This document shows, in pieces, positions 38,747 to 52,439 of a stretch of DNA of 64,000 nucleotides. Numbering within the stretch: position 1 is the stretch's first letter; every line of letters starts with the position of its first letter. Both the position numbers and the translations under genes were made by a program. The notes below the pieces were generated by a model. The model worked only from the letters and a program-made list of their open reading frames with translations, did not search any database and was not told where the DNA came from. Origin of the DNA: Isurus oxyrinchus (taxonomy: Eukaryota); assembly GCA_026770705.1 (NCBI GenBank), contig JANJGN010000006.1:70742001-70806000 (forward strand), in the 5' to 3' direction.

Positions 38747-41697
38747 ATAAAAACAAAAAACTGCGGATGCTGGAAATCCAAAACAAAAACAGAATTACCT
38801 GGAAAAACTCAGCAGGTCTGGCAGCATCAGCGAAGAAGAAAAGAGTTGACGTTTCGAGTCCTCATGAACCTTCCACAGAACTGAGTGAATATAAGGAGAG
38901 GGGTGAAATATAAGCTGGTTTAAGGTGGGGGAGGGGGAAGTGGGGGGGGGGGGGGGTGGTGTGATTGTAGGGACAAGCAAGCAGTGATAGGAGCAGATAA
39001 TCAAACGATATCACAGACAAAAGAACAAAAGAACACAGAGGTGTTGAAGGTGGTGATATAATCTAAACGAATGTGCTAATTAAGAATGGATGGTAGGGCA
39101 CTTAAGGTACAGCTCTAGCGGGGGTGGGGTGGAAAGACTAGCAGGGCATGAAAGATTTAAAAATAATGGAAATAGGTGGGAAAAGAAAAATCTATATAAA
39201 TTATTGGAAAAAACAAAAGGAAGGAGGAAGAAACAGAAAGGCGGTGGGGATGGAGGAGGGAGTTCAAGACGTAAAGTTGTTGAATTCAATATTCAGTCCA
39301 GAAGGCTATTAAGTGCCTAGTCAGAAGATGAGGTGCTGTTCCTCCAGTTTGCATTGGGCTTCACTGGAACAAAGCAGCAAGCCAAGGACAGACATGTGGG
39401 CAAGAGAGCAGGGTGGAGTGTTAAAATGGCAAGCGACAGGGAGGTTTGGGTCATTCTTGCGGACAGACCGCAGGTGTTCTGCAAAGTGGTCGCCCAGTTT
39501 ACGTTTGGTCTCTCCAATGTAGAGGAGACCGCATTGGGAGCAACAAATGCAGTAGACTAAGTTGGGGGAAATGCAAGTGAAATGCTGCTTCACTCGAAAG
39601 GAGTGTTTGGGCCCTTGGACAGTGAGGAGAGAGGAAGTGAAGGGGCAGGTGTTGCATCTTTTGTGTGGGCATGGGGAGGTGCCATAGGTGGGGGTCGAGG
39701 AGTAGGGGGTGATGGAGGAGTGGACCAGGGTGTCCCGGAGGGAACGATCCTTCTGGAATGTCGCCGCGGGGGGTGAAGGGAAGATGTGTTTGGTGGTGGC
39801 ATCATGCTAGAGTTGCCAGAAATGGCAGAGGATGATCCTTTGAATGCGGAGGCTGGTGGGGTGATAAGTGAGGACAAGGGGTACCCTATCATGTTTCTGG
39901 GAGGGAGGAGAAGGTGTGAGGGCGGATACGCGGGAGATGGGCCGGACACGGTTGAGGGCCCTGTCAACGACCGTGGGTGGAAAACCTCGGTTAAGGAAGA
40001 GAGAGGACATGTCTCAGAGGAACTGTTTTTGAAGGTTGTATAATCAGAACAGATGTGACAGAGGCGAAGGAACTGAGAGAATGGGCTGGAGTTCTTACAG
40101 GAAGCGCGGTGTGAGGGGCTGTAGTCGAGGTAGCTGTGGGAGTCGGTAGGCTTGTAATAGATATTGGTGGACAGTCTATCACCGGAGATTGAGACAAAGA
40201 GGACAAGGAAGGGAAGGGAAGTGTCAGAGATAGACCATGTGAAAATGATGGAGGGGTGGAGATTCGAAGCAAAATTAATACATTTTTCCAAGTCCCGACG
40301 AGAGCATGAAGCAGCACCGAAGTAATCATCAATGTACTGGAGAAAGAGTTGTGGAAGTGGGCCGGAGTAGGACTGGAACAAGGAATGTTCCACATATCCC
40401 ATAAAGAGACAGGCATAGCTGGGGCCCATGGAGGTACCCATAGCCACACCTTTTATTTGGAGGAAGTGAGGGGAGTGAAAGGAGAAATTGTTCAGTGTGA
40501 GAACAAGTAGTGAGGAGAGTAGTGGTGGATGGGGATTGTTCGGGCCTCTGTTCGAGGAAGAAGCTAAGGGCCCTCAGACCATCCTGGTGGGGGATGGCGG
40601 TGTATAGGGATTGGACGTCCATGGTGAAGAGGAAGTGGTTGGGGCCAGGGAACTGGAAATTGTTGATGTGACGTAAGGTGTCAAGAGGAATCACGGATGT
40701 AGATGGGAAGGGACTGGACAAGGGGAGAGAGAAGGGAGTCAAGATAACGAGAAATGAGTTCTGTGGGGCAGGAGCAAGCTGAGACGATCGGTCTACCGGG
40801 GCAGTTCTGTTTGTGGATTTTGGGTAGAAGGTAGAAGCGGGCCGTCTGAGGGTGGGCGACTATCAGGTTGGAAGCTGTGGGAGGAAGCTCTCCAGAGCAG
40901 ATCAGGTCAGTGACAGTCCTGGAAACAATGGCTTGATGTTCAGTGGTAGGGTCATGGTCCAGGGAGAGATAGGAGGAAGTGTCTGCGAGTTGACGCTCAG
41001 CCTCCGCGAGGTAGAGGTCAGTGCGCCAGACAACAGCACCACCGTTGTCAGCGGGTTTGATGACAATATTGGGGTTGGAGCTGAGAGAACGGAGTGCATA
41101 AGTTCAGAGAGAGACAGATTAGAATGGGTGAGAGGAGCAGAGAAATTGAGACGACTAATGTCACGCCGACAGTTCTCAATGGAAAGATCAAGAGAAGGTA
41201 AGAATCCAGAGGGAGGGGTCCAGGTGGAGGGAGAATATTGGAGGTGGGTAAAAGGATCCATTGAATGGGGAGAGGACTCCTGCCCAAAGAAGTGAGCACG
41301 GTGACGAAGACGGCAGAAGAAGAGTTCAGCATCGTGCTGAGCCCGAAATTCATTGAGATGAGGGTGTAAGGGTATGAAACTAAGTCCTTTGCTGAGCACT
41401 GAACGTTCAACGTCGGAGAGGGGAAGGTCAGGGGGTATAGTGAATACACGGCTGGGGCTGGGATTGGAAGATGGGGTGGGGACGGAGGGACAGGCAGGGG
41501 CGGAGGGTCCTAGATGGGTGTTGGTGTCGATGAGCTGTTGGAGCTTGCGTTCCTTAGCACTTGAGAGAAAGAGGAAAAGTTTCTTGTTGAGGCGTCGGAT
41601 GAGACGAAGAATAAAATGAAACTGGGGCACGCGCAGCTTTGAAAAAGGGTGCGGCGGTGCTGCTGGAGGGAGAGGTCGAGTGTGTTCATATGGCGTT
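38747..41697 (-). mobile_element. Penelope-like element (Neptune-type), 5'-truncated, RT plus GIY-YIG, 8-bp TSD TTGGAGGG
   Basis: LSKGLSF, FTMDVQSLYT, MGTSMGPSYACLFM, YIDD, YYKPTD and GLLYIGETKRKLGDHFAEH, with several frameshifts. TSD at 38739-38746 and 41698-41705. Confidence 0.93.
38844..38882 (-). ncRNA. Minimal type I hammerhead ribozyme-like motif (core CUGUGGA)
   Basis: AGTT CTGTGGA A GGTTC ATGAG GACTC GAAAC GTC AACT. Confidence 0.55.
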
Positions 41698-42497
41698 TTG
41701 GAGGGTATCCTCAACGTGAAGATGGCAGTTTGTCTCCACAACTGTGCAGTGGTCACTCCTACCAATACTATCATGGACAGATGCATCTGTGGCAAGCAGG
41801 TTGGTGTGGTTGAGGTCAAGTATGTTTTTCACTCTTGTTGGTTCCCTCACCACCTGCCGCAGACCCAGTCTATCAGCTATGTCCTTTAGGACAATCCCAG
41901 AATTTTAATGGCACCAATTCTCCAAATGAGAATCATAACCTGGTGCTGTTGCCCTGAATTTTCCCCGTACCCCTGCACATTGTTTGAACAGAAACAATCA
42001 TCTAATGCCCTTTGAAAGCTTGAAGAGGTCAGGAGCAGCTGTGGCGGGAAACAGGGTTAACAAGGTGTCTGACCAGAGTTTTCCCAGCATCTTCTGTCTC
42101 CACCTATATCAGCCTGTCTTTTTTTTCAAAAAGTAAAATTTCCAATGTACTTTCCCCCATAGTTTGAATCAGCAGTGCAGCAACAACAAAGCTATTGAGA
42201 AAGTACACATAAAAAAGGTTCTCTTTTATAATCTAAGGAGTTTAAAATGAGCACTTCAATGTCAGTATTTCCCATTCAGAGTTACTGGCCTGGAATTGCT
42301 AACTCTGGTTAGCTATATTCTTCATTTCCTTATTCTCCTGCCTCCAATCTGTCTATATTTTCTGAAGCTAAGAAACTAGTGTTTCAAGAAAATGGGGAGA
42401 GGGGAACATATTTTTTTAAATTCTGTGGCTTCTCCAGTGATATCCAGAAGATTGAACTTTAATTTCTGGAAGTTCCAGGACAATTCCTCTAGTTGAA

Positions 42498-42551
42498 GGG
42501 GGTGGGTGGGGGGGGGGGGGGGGGGGGTGGGGGGGGGGGGGGGGGGGGTGG
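42498..42551. repeat. Poly-G tract
   Basis: About 50 nt of nearly pure G. Confidence 0.9.
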
Positions 42552-43276
42552 TGTTGAGAACTCAGGCAGCTCGGTCAGTAACAATGCTACTGAGCCACTC
42601 TTGGAAGTGGACATTGAAGTTCTCCAACCAGAGTACATTCTGTGCCCTTGCCACCTCAGTCCTTCTTCCAAGTAGTGTTCAACATGGAGGAGCACTAATT
42701 CATCAGCTGAGGGAGGGCAGTACATGGTAATCAGGAGGTTTCTTTGCCCATGTTTGACCCGATGCCATGAGACTTCATGGGGTCCAGTGTCGATGTTCAG
42801 GACTCCCAGGGCAACTCCCTCCTGACTGTATACTACTGTGCCACTAGCTTTGCTGGGTCTGTCCAGCTTGTGGGGCAGGACATAGCCAGGATTAGTGATG
42901 GTGGCGTCTGGGACATTATTTGTAAGGTATGATTCTAATTGGATGACTGTCAGGCTGTTGCTTGACTAGTCTGAGAAGGCTCTCCCAGTTTTGGCACAAG
43001 CCCCCAGATGTTAGTCAGGAGGACTTTGCAGGGTTGACGGGGCTGAGTTTGCTGTTGTCTTTTCTGGTGTCTAGGTTGATGCTGGGTGGTCCATCCAGTT
43101 TCATTCCATTTTTGTGACTTTGTAGCAGTTTGATAAACTGAATGGCTTGCCAGGCCAGTTCAGAGGGCATTTAAGACTCAACCACAATGCTATGGATCTG
43201 GAGTCACATGTAGGCCAGCCTTCCCTAAAGGACATGAGCGGACCAGATAGGTCTTTATGACAATCATCAATGTCTG

Positions 43277-43809
43277 TCAAAGCCTGTCCACCATCTACAA
43301 GGCACAAGTCAGGAGTGTGATGGAATACTCCCCACTTGCCTGGTTGAGTGCAGCCCTCACAGCACAAGAAGCTGGACACTGTCTAGGACAAAGCAGCCCA
43401 CTTGATTGGCACCACCTCCGTCAACATTCACTCCCTCCACCAACAACGCACAGTAGCAGCAGTATGTATCATCTATAAGATGCACTGCAGGAATTCGCCA
43501 AAGCTCCTTTGACAGCACCATCCAAACCTATGGCCGCTATCATCTTGAAGGATAAGGGCAGCAGATAGATGGGAACACCACCTGCAAGTTCCCCTCCAAG
43601 TCACTCACCATCCTGACTTGGAAATATATCACTGTTCCTTCACTGTCGCTGGGTCAAAATCCTGGAACTCCCTTCCTAACAGCACTGTGGGTATGCCTAC
43701 GCCACATGGACTGTAGCGGTTCAAGAGGGCAGCTCACCACCACCTTCTCAAGGACAACTTGGGATGGGCAATAAATGCTGGCCCAGTCAGTGAATCCTAT
43801 GAATGAATA
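43277..43809 (+). mobile_element. LINE family B 3' segment
   Basis: SLSTIYKAQVRSVMEYSPLAW and tail gggatgggcaataaatgctgg..atgaatgaat. Confidence 0.88.
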
Positions 43810-44094
43810 TCATAAAAAATTGGCAGCCAACAAAGGGGAATCCCATAGGCATATAAATAGTAAAAGGAGGAGTAGGGCTGATTAGGGACCAAAGGGCATT
43901 TACACGAAGGGGCCATGGCTGAGGTATTCAATGAATACTTTGCATCCGTCTTTACCAAGGAGGTAGATGCTACCCAGGCCTTGGTGACAGATGAGAAAAC
44001 TGTCACTAGAAAGGTTCAAACTTGATAAAGAGGAAATGTTGAATACACTGTCAGTACTTAAAGTTGACAAGACACTGGGACTGGATGAGATGCA

Positions 44095-44834
44095 TGTCAT
44101 GAAGCTATTAACGTATATAATATTTTGGAAAATATTTTTCTTTTTAACATAGGTTTAGTCTGTGGGTATATCTTAATAGGATTAAAGCCAGCTAGTCTGG
44201 ATGCTTTGATGTACTAGCTTTGATGTAAGAGATCGCATGCATTTCTGTTTTTTTGAATAGAGCATTCAAGAAGTGGGGTGAAAACTTGACACCTTTCTAG
44301 CAGCTACCAAGCAATATATTTGTATTACTAATAAAATTGGTACAATGAATGGGGTAAAGTTCAAAGACTGGCGGGACAATGAGAATTTGAATTCAGTGGT
44401 GGTAGGTATAACTTCAGTGGTTTTACAGGTGTGCAGAGCAGAGGCAATGTAAGATCAAATGGCAGCTGCAAGTCTCCAACTGGCAAAGAACCTCATTTTG
44501 AAATTGTAAGGTGAAAATGCTTTGTCTGGCGTTTGGTTAAGTCTATGGGTTGCTGTTGCCTTAATGGAGATTAGTTTGGGAATTAAGTTATGATAGTAGT
44601 TAGTAAGTAGCCATGTGTACATATATATTAACCTGTGTAAACGAATGAAATGTTTCGTTTAGTTTAATGTAAAACCTTGAACTAGGGGTCTGATTCCTGA
44701 ACTTAGAGTTGCATCTCAAACATAACACTTAAATCGTAGATTATGACAGTTTAAAATTTCCCTCTGGGGTTTTTAAATAACTCTGCTTTACCTTTTTAAA
44801 TAACTCTGCTTTACCAACTGCATCGGTCATAACA
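44095..44834. mobile_element. Solo LTR (740 bp), opposite orientation to 37621-38502
   Basis: TGTCAT...ATAACA ends, degenerate 5-bp TSD atgca/acgta. Its right end is similar to the reverse complement of the start of 37621. Confidence 0.75.
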
Positions 44835-45017
44835 ACGTATCGAAGGATATTGAAGGAAGTGAGAAGAAATTGTGGGGCATTGGCCATAATTTTTAAGCTT
44901 TCTCTAGACTCGGGAGGGGTGCCAGAGGACTGGAGAATTGCAGACATTGTGATCTTATTCAAAAAAGATTGTAATAATAAGCCCAGTCATTACAAACCAG
45001 TCAGTTTAACTTCAGTG

Positions 45018-45117
45018 ATAAAAACAAAAAACTGCGGATGTTGCAAATCCAAAACAAGAACAGAATTACCTGGAAATACTCAGCAGGTCTGGCAGCATGG
45101 GCGGACAAGAAAAGAGA
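45018..45117 (-). mobile_element. Penelope 3'-terminal fragment
   Basis: Nearly identical to 38747-38845. Confidence 0.85.
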
Positions 45118-46263
45118 TTTCTGAAGGGGAAATTGTGCTTAACTAACGGAGTTTTTTTTGAAAAGGTCGATGAGGGTAATGCTGTTGATGAGCTGCACAT
45201 GGACTTTCAAAAGGCATTTGATGCAGTGCCACACAACAGACTGAAGTTATTGTTCATGGGGAAAAAAGGGACAGTAGCAATGTGGATATAAAATTGGCTG
45301 AAAAATAGGAAGCAGAGTAATGGTCAATAGATATTTTTAGGCTGGGGGAAGTTCCAGGGGTTGGTATTGGGATCTTTGTTTTTCCTGATATATATTAATG
45401 GTCTAGTTCTTGGTGTGCAGGGGACAACTTCAAAGTCTGCAGAGGATACGAAGCTTGGGAGTGTTGTAAACTGAGGAGGACAGTGTAGTACTTAAAGGAC
45501 ACTCCACATTGGTGGAGTGGGCAGATAGGTGGCAGTTGAAGTTCAATGTGGACAAGTGTGAGGTGATGCATTTTGGTGGGAAGAACATAGACAGACAAAA
45601 TAAGGGGTGAAATTTTGCAGGGGGTGCAGGAGCAGAAAGACCTGGGTGTATATGTGCATAGACTATTGAAGGTGGCAGGACAGGTGGGGAGAGCAGTTAA
45701 AGCATATAGTATCCTGGGCTTTATTAATAGGGCATGGTGTACAAGAGCAAGGAGGTTATGCTGAATTTATACTAGATACTTGTTAGACCTCAGTTGGAGT
45801 ATTGTGTACAGTTCTTGGAGTCACACTATAGGAAGGATGTGAGCACATTGTAGAGGGTGCAGAAGAGGTTTACAGGAATGGTTCCAGGGATGAGAAATTT
45901 CAGCTATGAAGATAGTTTGGAGAGAAGGCTGAGGAGATTTGATAAAGATGCTCAAAATCATGAGGGGCCTGGACAGTAGATAGGGATCAAAAATAAGAGG
46001 GCACAGATTTAAAGTGAATTGCAAAAGAAGCAAATGTGGCGTGCAAACTTTTTCAATGAGTGGTTCAGGTCTGGAACACACTGCCTGGAAGTGTGGTGGT
46101 GGCAGGTTCAATCAAGGCATTTAAGAGGGCATTAGATGATTGTTTCTATTCAAATGATGTGCAAAGGTACAGGGAAAAGGCAGGGCAATGGTACTAGGTC
46201 ATAATGCCCATTTGGAGAGTTGGTGTAGACAGTGGTGGCCTCCTGTGCCATTAAAATTCTGAT

Positions 46264-46794
46264 TCTGGTGAGGTGATTGAACTTCTTGTGGCAGTGCATT
46301 CAGGTCCTCAGGGCTTGCCCACAGGCATTAACCTCCAGTATTATCTGTTCCCACTGTCTTTTGACTGTCTGGTGGGCCTCCTAGCCCTCTGTAGATAAAG
46401 GCCATCTTTCTACCTCCTGAACCAAGACCTCCAGTGCAGCATTCAAAAACATTGTAGCACTTTCTCTCTGCTGTACCATTGCTCACTTTTTGGGTTGGAT
46501 TCTCTCAGCTACAATGCACCTCCCTTTTAAGAGGTGCAGGGTAGTTTTGAGCAGCACAGGCTAGCCACTCATGCTGATGTGTCCAGGCACTGAACTGCAT
46601 GGTTAGCACTGGCTGTACGCACCAAATGAGAAGGCAACACAAAGTTGATGCAATGCAATCAATAGATTGTGGTTTAACCACACTGCAATCTGTGCACCTA
46701 TCTGTGGAATGATCCAGTTTAGCTTTCATTGACTTTTCCCTCCTGATACAATGGCCAGGTCTGAGAGCCAAAAAAAACCATGAAAAATAAACCC
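46264..46794 (-). mobile_element. Harbinger 2 terminus and Myb/SANT exon 1 remnant
   Basis: Minus strand 46479-46264 reads MVQQRESATMFLNAALEVLVQEVER..KRQWEQIILEVNA..RT*MHCHKKFNHLTR. Candidate terminus gaaaaataaaccc. Confidence 0.7.
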
Positions 46795-46866
46795 GTGTCT
46801 TAACAGTTGTTACTAATCAGAATAGTGAAAATATAACTTTCACAAATATATGAGGCATTCCTGTTA

Positions 46867-47109
<243 letters not shown>

Positions 47110-48337
47110 TTAATCAACAAATAATATGTATATTTCAACTGAGACAAAATTAGTTTGCTCCAGAACTTTTTTACTCAAAAAATTTGAAGTAACTTTTGAA
47201 ATTGTCCTCCATCAAAAGCTGGTTGATTCAGGTATACGCAAGCTATTTTTCATGTAGTAAATGTAAGAAAGCACAAATTTCTGTCAACAGAAAAGAGTTG
47301 TTACATTACAAAGCTATTAGAACCTTTACGTACTGAAATTTTATTCAAAACAAGTGGGGGAAATGAATGAATAAAGCAAAATGAATGAAATAACCTGTTG
47401 AAACTTTGAGATTTTTTTTGTGGTCTTAATTTTCATTTGCATTTTTCAAATTGATGATGAGATAGGAGGAGTAAGTGGTAGGGTGCCAAAGTTAATGGCG
47501 TCTGTCTTAAAGTTTGACTGGAAGAAATTGCAGTTCATCCAGGACTGAATGTTAGACAAGCAGATAACAGAGTGACAGTCAAGGGATGGCCATGGTCATG
47601 GAGAGATAGTGATAATGTCTCTCTGAAATCACAGTAAAACATCAGTAATAAATTAGACCCATTGATTAATGATAATTACATTTAACTGCAAAGCAGATTG
47701 CTTTATGGCATTCCATATTGCATATAAAGAAGGGTTCCACACTCTTATTTACATCTCTAACTTAGACAAGTTCATGGAACCGTATAATTTCCTTGACATT
47801 AATTTCCTGTTCATATCATTTCAGTGACATTTTCTAGAGGCAAGCTTTCCTATGAATTCAAGACCAAATTATCTCCTAATGTGACGTATCTGTGAATCTA
47901 AGCTCTTGTTCGGCACCAACATTAATCTTTTTACGTGTCTGAAGTTTTTTACCCAAAGCACAGCAAAAGGGCATAACATGCTGGGTTCAACATCCTCCTA
48001 CCACTTGCTGGAGAATATCTATGACTCGAGAGTTATTTAAGAAATAGGCAGAAGTAGAATAATTAACCAGGGTTCCTGCTCTTTATTAGTATGAAACATA
48101 AACAAAAATACAAATGGATTAGGCTGACTGGGTTGTTTCTATGTTTTAAATTTTACGTATCTTGATGATCCTTACTGGAAGTGTGCCTGTGTAGATAATA
48201 AGTAACAGCTGGGTCAGTTGCAACTGTGATGCTTCCTGCAGTTGAATCAGCTGCAAATATTCAATGTAAAGGATCTTAAGTGAATAATGGATGCTTAAAG
48301 TTGACAATGGACAACCAAACACCTGTGAAACTACTCA

Positions 48338-48616
<279 letters not shown>

Positions 48617-49214
48617 CTAAGTGAAGAATGAAATGCTGCTCAAAGTTTTCTAGGTCAAATATTTTGCTGCAATATAAACATCACTCTGGTCACAAGCAAG
48701 CTGTAATATTTGCATGGCTCTTCCACTGTAGGACTTACTTCCATTGGACAGTTTTTTAGTTATCAATACTTTTGGCTATTTTGATTTACTCTTTGTTGTT
48801 ATTGAAACACCACATGTTGTGATCACCAAACACAAACAGTTAATGCTCCTCCAAAATCATTTGGCAAAAAACTCAAACAGGAGCTAGTTTCAGATAAGAA
48901 CCTTTCAAATAAAGCCTCCTTTATTTCCGGTGTGGTTTCCAGGGCAGTTTGACACTATTGCAATTACATTTTTGTCATTGGGCTATTTTCAACCATTTAT
49001 TTGCTGTCAGCTCTTCAAGGTTCAATTTTAAAATAAGAAATCCAACTCCAATTAACCTAAATATCTTTTTTGAAAAGAAAACATTAAAAGTCACAAAATC
49101 CCTTCCAGCAGTTACATTCAAACTCGGTACAAAAAAAAATCAATGCTCCAAATTTACCTGAATTCCTAAATTAACACAAATGCTGTATGCCTCTGAATAA
49201 GCAATTTTGTTTCA

Positions 49215-49605
49215 ATGAAGTACATGCACTTATATAGCACTTCAGAATATGCCAAAGTGCCTTACAGCTAATGGAATATTTTTTGAATAGTGACTGTTGT
49301 AATACAAGAAGAGTCACACAAAAAGCAAAGATGTTAATGGTCAGATAATCTGTTTTAGTATTCTTGGTTGAGGGATAAGTTTTGGCCAGGTCATTGGGCA
49401 AACTACTATTCTTTGAATGTGATCTTGTGCTTAGCTTTGAAAACAGATGCCCCAATTTAATGCCACATCCGACATCATAACTCCCACAGCCTAGATTTCT
49501 CTCAGTACTATATACAAAGTGTCATCTTGGATTGTTTATTCAAATCTTTGGAATGGGGCTTAAAACCAGAGATGAGTGCACTACCACAGAGCTAAAGCTG
49601 ACTAT
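49215..49605 (-). mobile_element. Deu-domain SINE with L2-type tail (SacSINE1-like), old
   Basis: ttatatagcac..tacagctaatg..gataatctgtt..ttggttgagggataa..ttggccagg pattern. Related pieces at 22465-22548 and 62440-62778. Confidence 0.6.
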
Positions 49606-50064
49606 AGAATACAACTAAATAGACTGGACTTCCAATTTAAAAAAACAAACAAATGCACGATTGGCAACATTGATTTTATACAGGGCTTCCCAAACTGGGG
49701 GCTGAGATTCTGGGGTTGTGAGCTCTTCAACTACATTGGCTGCCACTCTCAGCTCCCATTGACAGGTTGTGGTAACTTAATTATTTCATTCAAAAAATGT
49801 TTCAGAATTGTAGAAAGCAGTCAGGCTATGTTTATATTGTTGCTATAGATTGGTGAGTGGTGGTTAAGGAATTGCTTCCAGCAACATGGCATTTGTTTAA
49901 ACTGGACCTGAATCAAACTCTCGTGTTCATGCGAGAGCCCTGCATTTGAATGGTAAACTGTCAATGTTTAGAATATGTGCAAGAGCATCCACACTCTCTA
50001 AGCATTACAAAACTTAGTTTTATGAAGTGCCTGGAAGATCCAAGGACATATGTTTTAGCATAAA

Positions 50065-50235
50065 AGATACTGGACATCTAAAATAAAACAATGTGTTGGT
50101 AAACTCAGCAGGTCTGGCAGCATCTGTGGAGAGAGAAACAGAGTTAACATTTCAAGTCCAATATGTTGTTCCTTTGGAACTAAAGAGCGGTAGAAACGTG
50201 ATGGGTTTTATGCTGTCGATTAAGGGTGGTCAGGT
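50065..50235 (-). mobile_element. Penelope 3'-terminal fragment, inside a probable hAT-type element starting cagggcttcccaaactgggg at 49681
   Basis: aaactcagcaggtctggcagcatctgtggagagagaaacagagttaac. Confidence 0.7.
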
Positions 50236-50588
50236 TTTAATACTTTGACACTCAACGGAATAATACTCCAGGGTCCAGAGTGAGAAACTCGATCTTGGAA
50301 TTACAGGGAACTTTGGCAGAGATGAAATGTGACAATCACATAGCCTGACTGCTTTCTACAATTTTGAAACATTTTTTTAATGAAATAATTAAGTTGCCAT
50401 AACCTGTTAATAGGAGCTGAGAGACCGGGGTTTGGTGATGGAAGCTGACACCATATTTCATCAAATTATCATGCATGGGTCTGTTTGTTTAGCTATGCTT
50501 GCCACACAGAGGTCCATGTAGTATTCTCTAGAACCAGATCATGAAATGATTGGGAATAGAAACATTTATAAACTCAGTCATTTGGTAA

Positions 50589-50830
50589 TACAGAACTTGA
50601 GTATTGCTGAAAAGAAAGACATGACAAAAGCTTTTTGTCTTGCACTCATCTGGAAACTTGCAAGAATACCAATATAAGAGGGGAAACAACAATTTATACT
50701 GTATGTGAAGAGAAGGCTGAAGTCAAACTATGTTGTTGATATCCCGAATTTGGTCTTTGTCATACCCCTCTCTCAGGTATACAAATGGTCTTTTGTTATT
50801 ACAGGACTTGAGTATTGCTGAAAAAAAGAC
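50589..50830 (-). mobile_element. Second-family Penelope terminus with a duplicated 30-bp end
   Basis: 50600-50720 is similar to the reverse complement of 4000-4118. acttgagtattgctgaaaa occurs at both ends. Confidence 0.65.
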
Positions 50831-51370
50831 TCTTGTTTATCCTAAAAGCTTAGATTTAAATCTTAACCAAATCACATTAGGTTTATTCTTCATTGATGAG
50901 AAGATCACAATCATTTCATTTTTTAAAAAAGGGTTCATATAGAATTTTCTAGCAATAAGTACAGATAATACTGTAAACTAAAATAGCAATTTATCACAAT
51001 TTATGATACATAAATCCTTCATTGTTTAAATTATTATTCATTCTGTTATATGGCTAACTTTTGATATTTTGTTGAGTGACTATCTTTTGCAATATTAGTG
51101 TTCTGCACAATATCGTTCATGATAAATTCATATTAAGACAGATTACTGTATTATTCTGTAACAAGCAAACAAAGAAAATATATACACCAGCTTTTTTCTT
51201 ACAAACAGCAGTTCAATGTAACTATTTATCAAACTTACAAAAGCATTATCTAATTATTTATAATTTATTTTTGGTTAAATATAAGCACTAAAAGGTTCAC
51301 ATTTTCTGCATTTTATTTTAATTAAACCATATGTGTACTAGTTATTACCAAGAAACTAAATAAAAGATTA

Positions 51371-51544
<174 letters not shown>

Positions 51545-52439
51545 TCAACATGAAGCAAACAATGAGGTTATAAAATCATTCACTTGCATATAGCACGTTA
51601 CTGACAGTTCATATAGGAACTAATGTTATATACTATACCAGAATGAGATATAAATACAAGCACAGATCTTAAACCTTTTTACATAAAGCAGGATTCTTTA
51701 ATATTTAATAAAACATTCCTACATAATAGTAAAAACCCATTTTCCTCAACAATTAAGAATATTATTTGATTAGGTTTAAAGAAGCTAATCTATCAGTGAA
51801 GATGGGACTGTTTTGATTACAGTATTAAACAAATTAATAATTTTAAAACAAAAACTAACCCACCATGTTAAAATTGACACCCAAAATGCAGTTGCAGTTA
51901 TGTGTTACTCTCCTGCCGCAGCTAAACAGTCCACACAACTTCTAATATCCAACTAATGGCAGATTATGTGAACAATTACAGAACAGTTACATTTTTTTCA
52001 TGCAATGTTACTGCATATACATGTTTTTAAACATTACTTTTGTGCATTTTCTAGCTAAAGTCTGTAGCTGTGTAGAGTAGAAGCGCAGCTGGAAAACATT
52101 TGAGTTATATGTAGGCTTCAATCTCACCCTGCCTGCCAGGAAAGAGGTGTGCGGAGCATATCAGTATGGTTAATTTAATGTTTCAAAGTGCAGTCAGCAG
52201 GGCCTGCTTCTGCCAAATATTATAAAAGGCTCCATGATAATTTTTGAAAGTGACTTGGGCTGCTTACTCTCTGCTTTTTATAACAGGTATTCATACAGCA
52301 CTGACCTTATACTCCACACAGCATCAAGCCGAGCTAAACTTTAGTAGTTATACAGCTACTTTCACATCAACGCTCAGCTAAAAATGTTTTGCATCACTGC
52401 AAAACTGGCAGTACTCTTAGAATACATATGGGCATGATA

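Larger units (their letters stand above)
37049..43270 (-). mobile_element. LINE family B (CR1/L2 group): 5' region, APE and start of RT, interrupted
   Basis: TNIWGLVPKLGE, YCPPSADELVLLHVEH, PWFKEEC and PDNIPAIALKACAPELAVPLAKLFQYSY..WKIAQVCP occur in order on the minus strand. Confidence 0.85.
34754..46263 (+). mobile_element. Near full-length CR1 LINE (5' repeats, ORF1, ORF2) broken by nested insertions
   Basis: ORF1 at about 35356-36260 has Cys motifs and SGNH esterase blocks (VIGDSLVRG, VHTGTND, DGLHLN). APE at 36400-37048. RT resumes at 43810-44094 and 44835-46060. Tail attctgattct. Confidence 0.88.
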
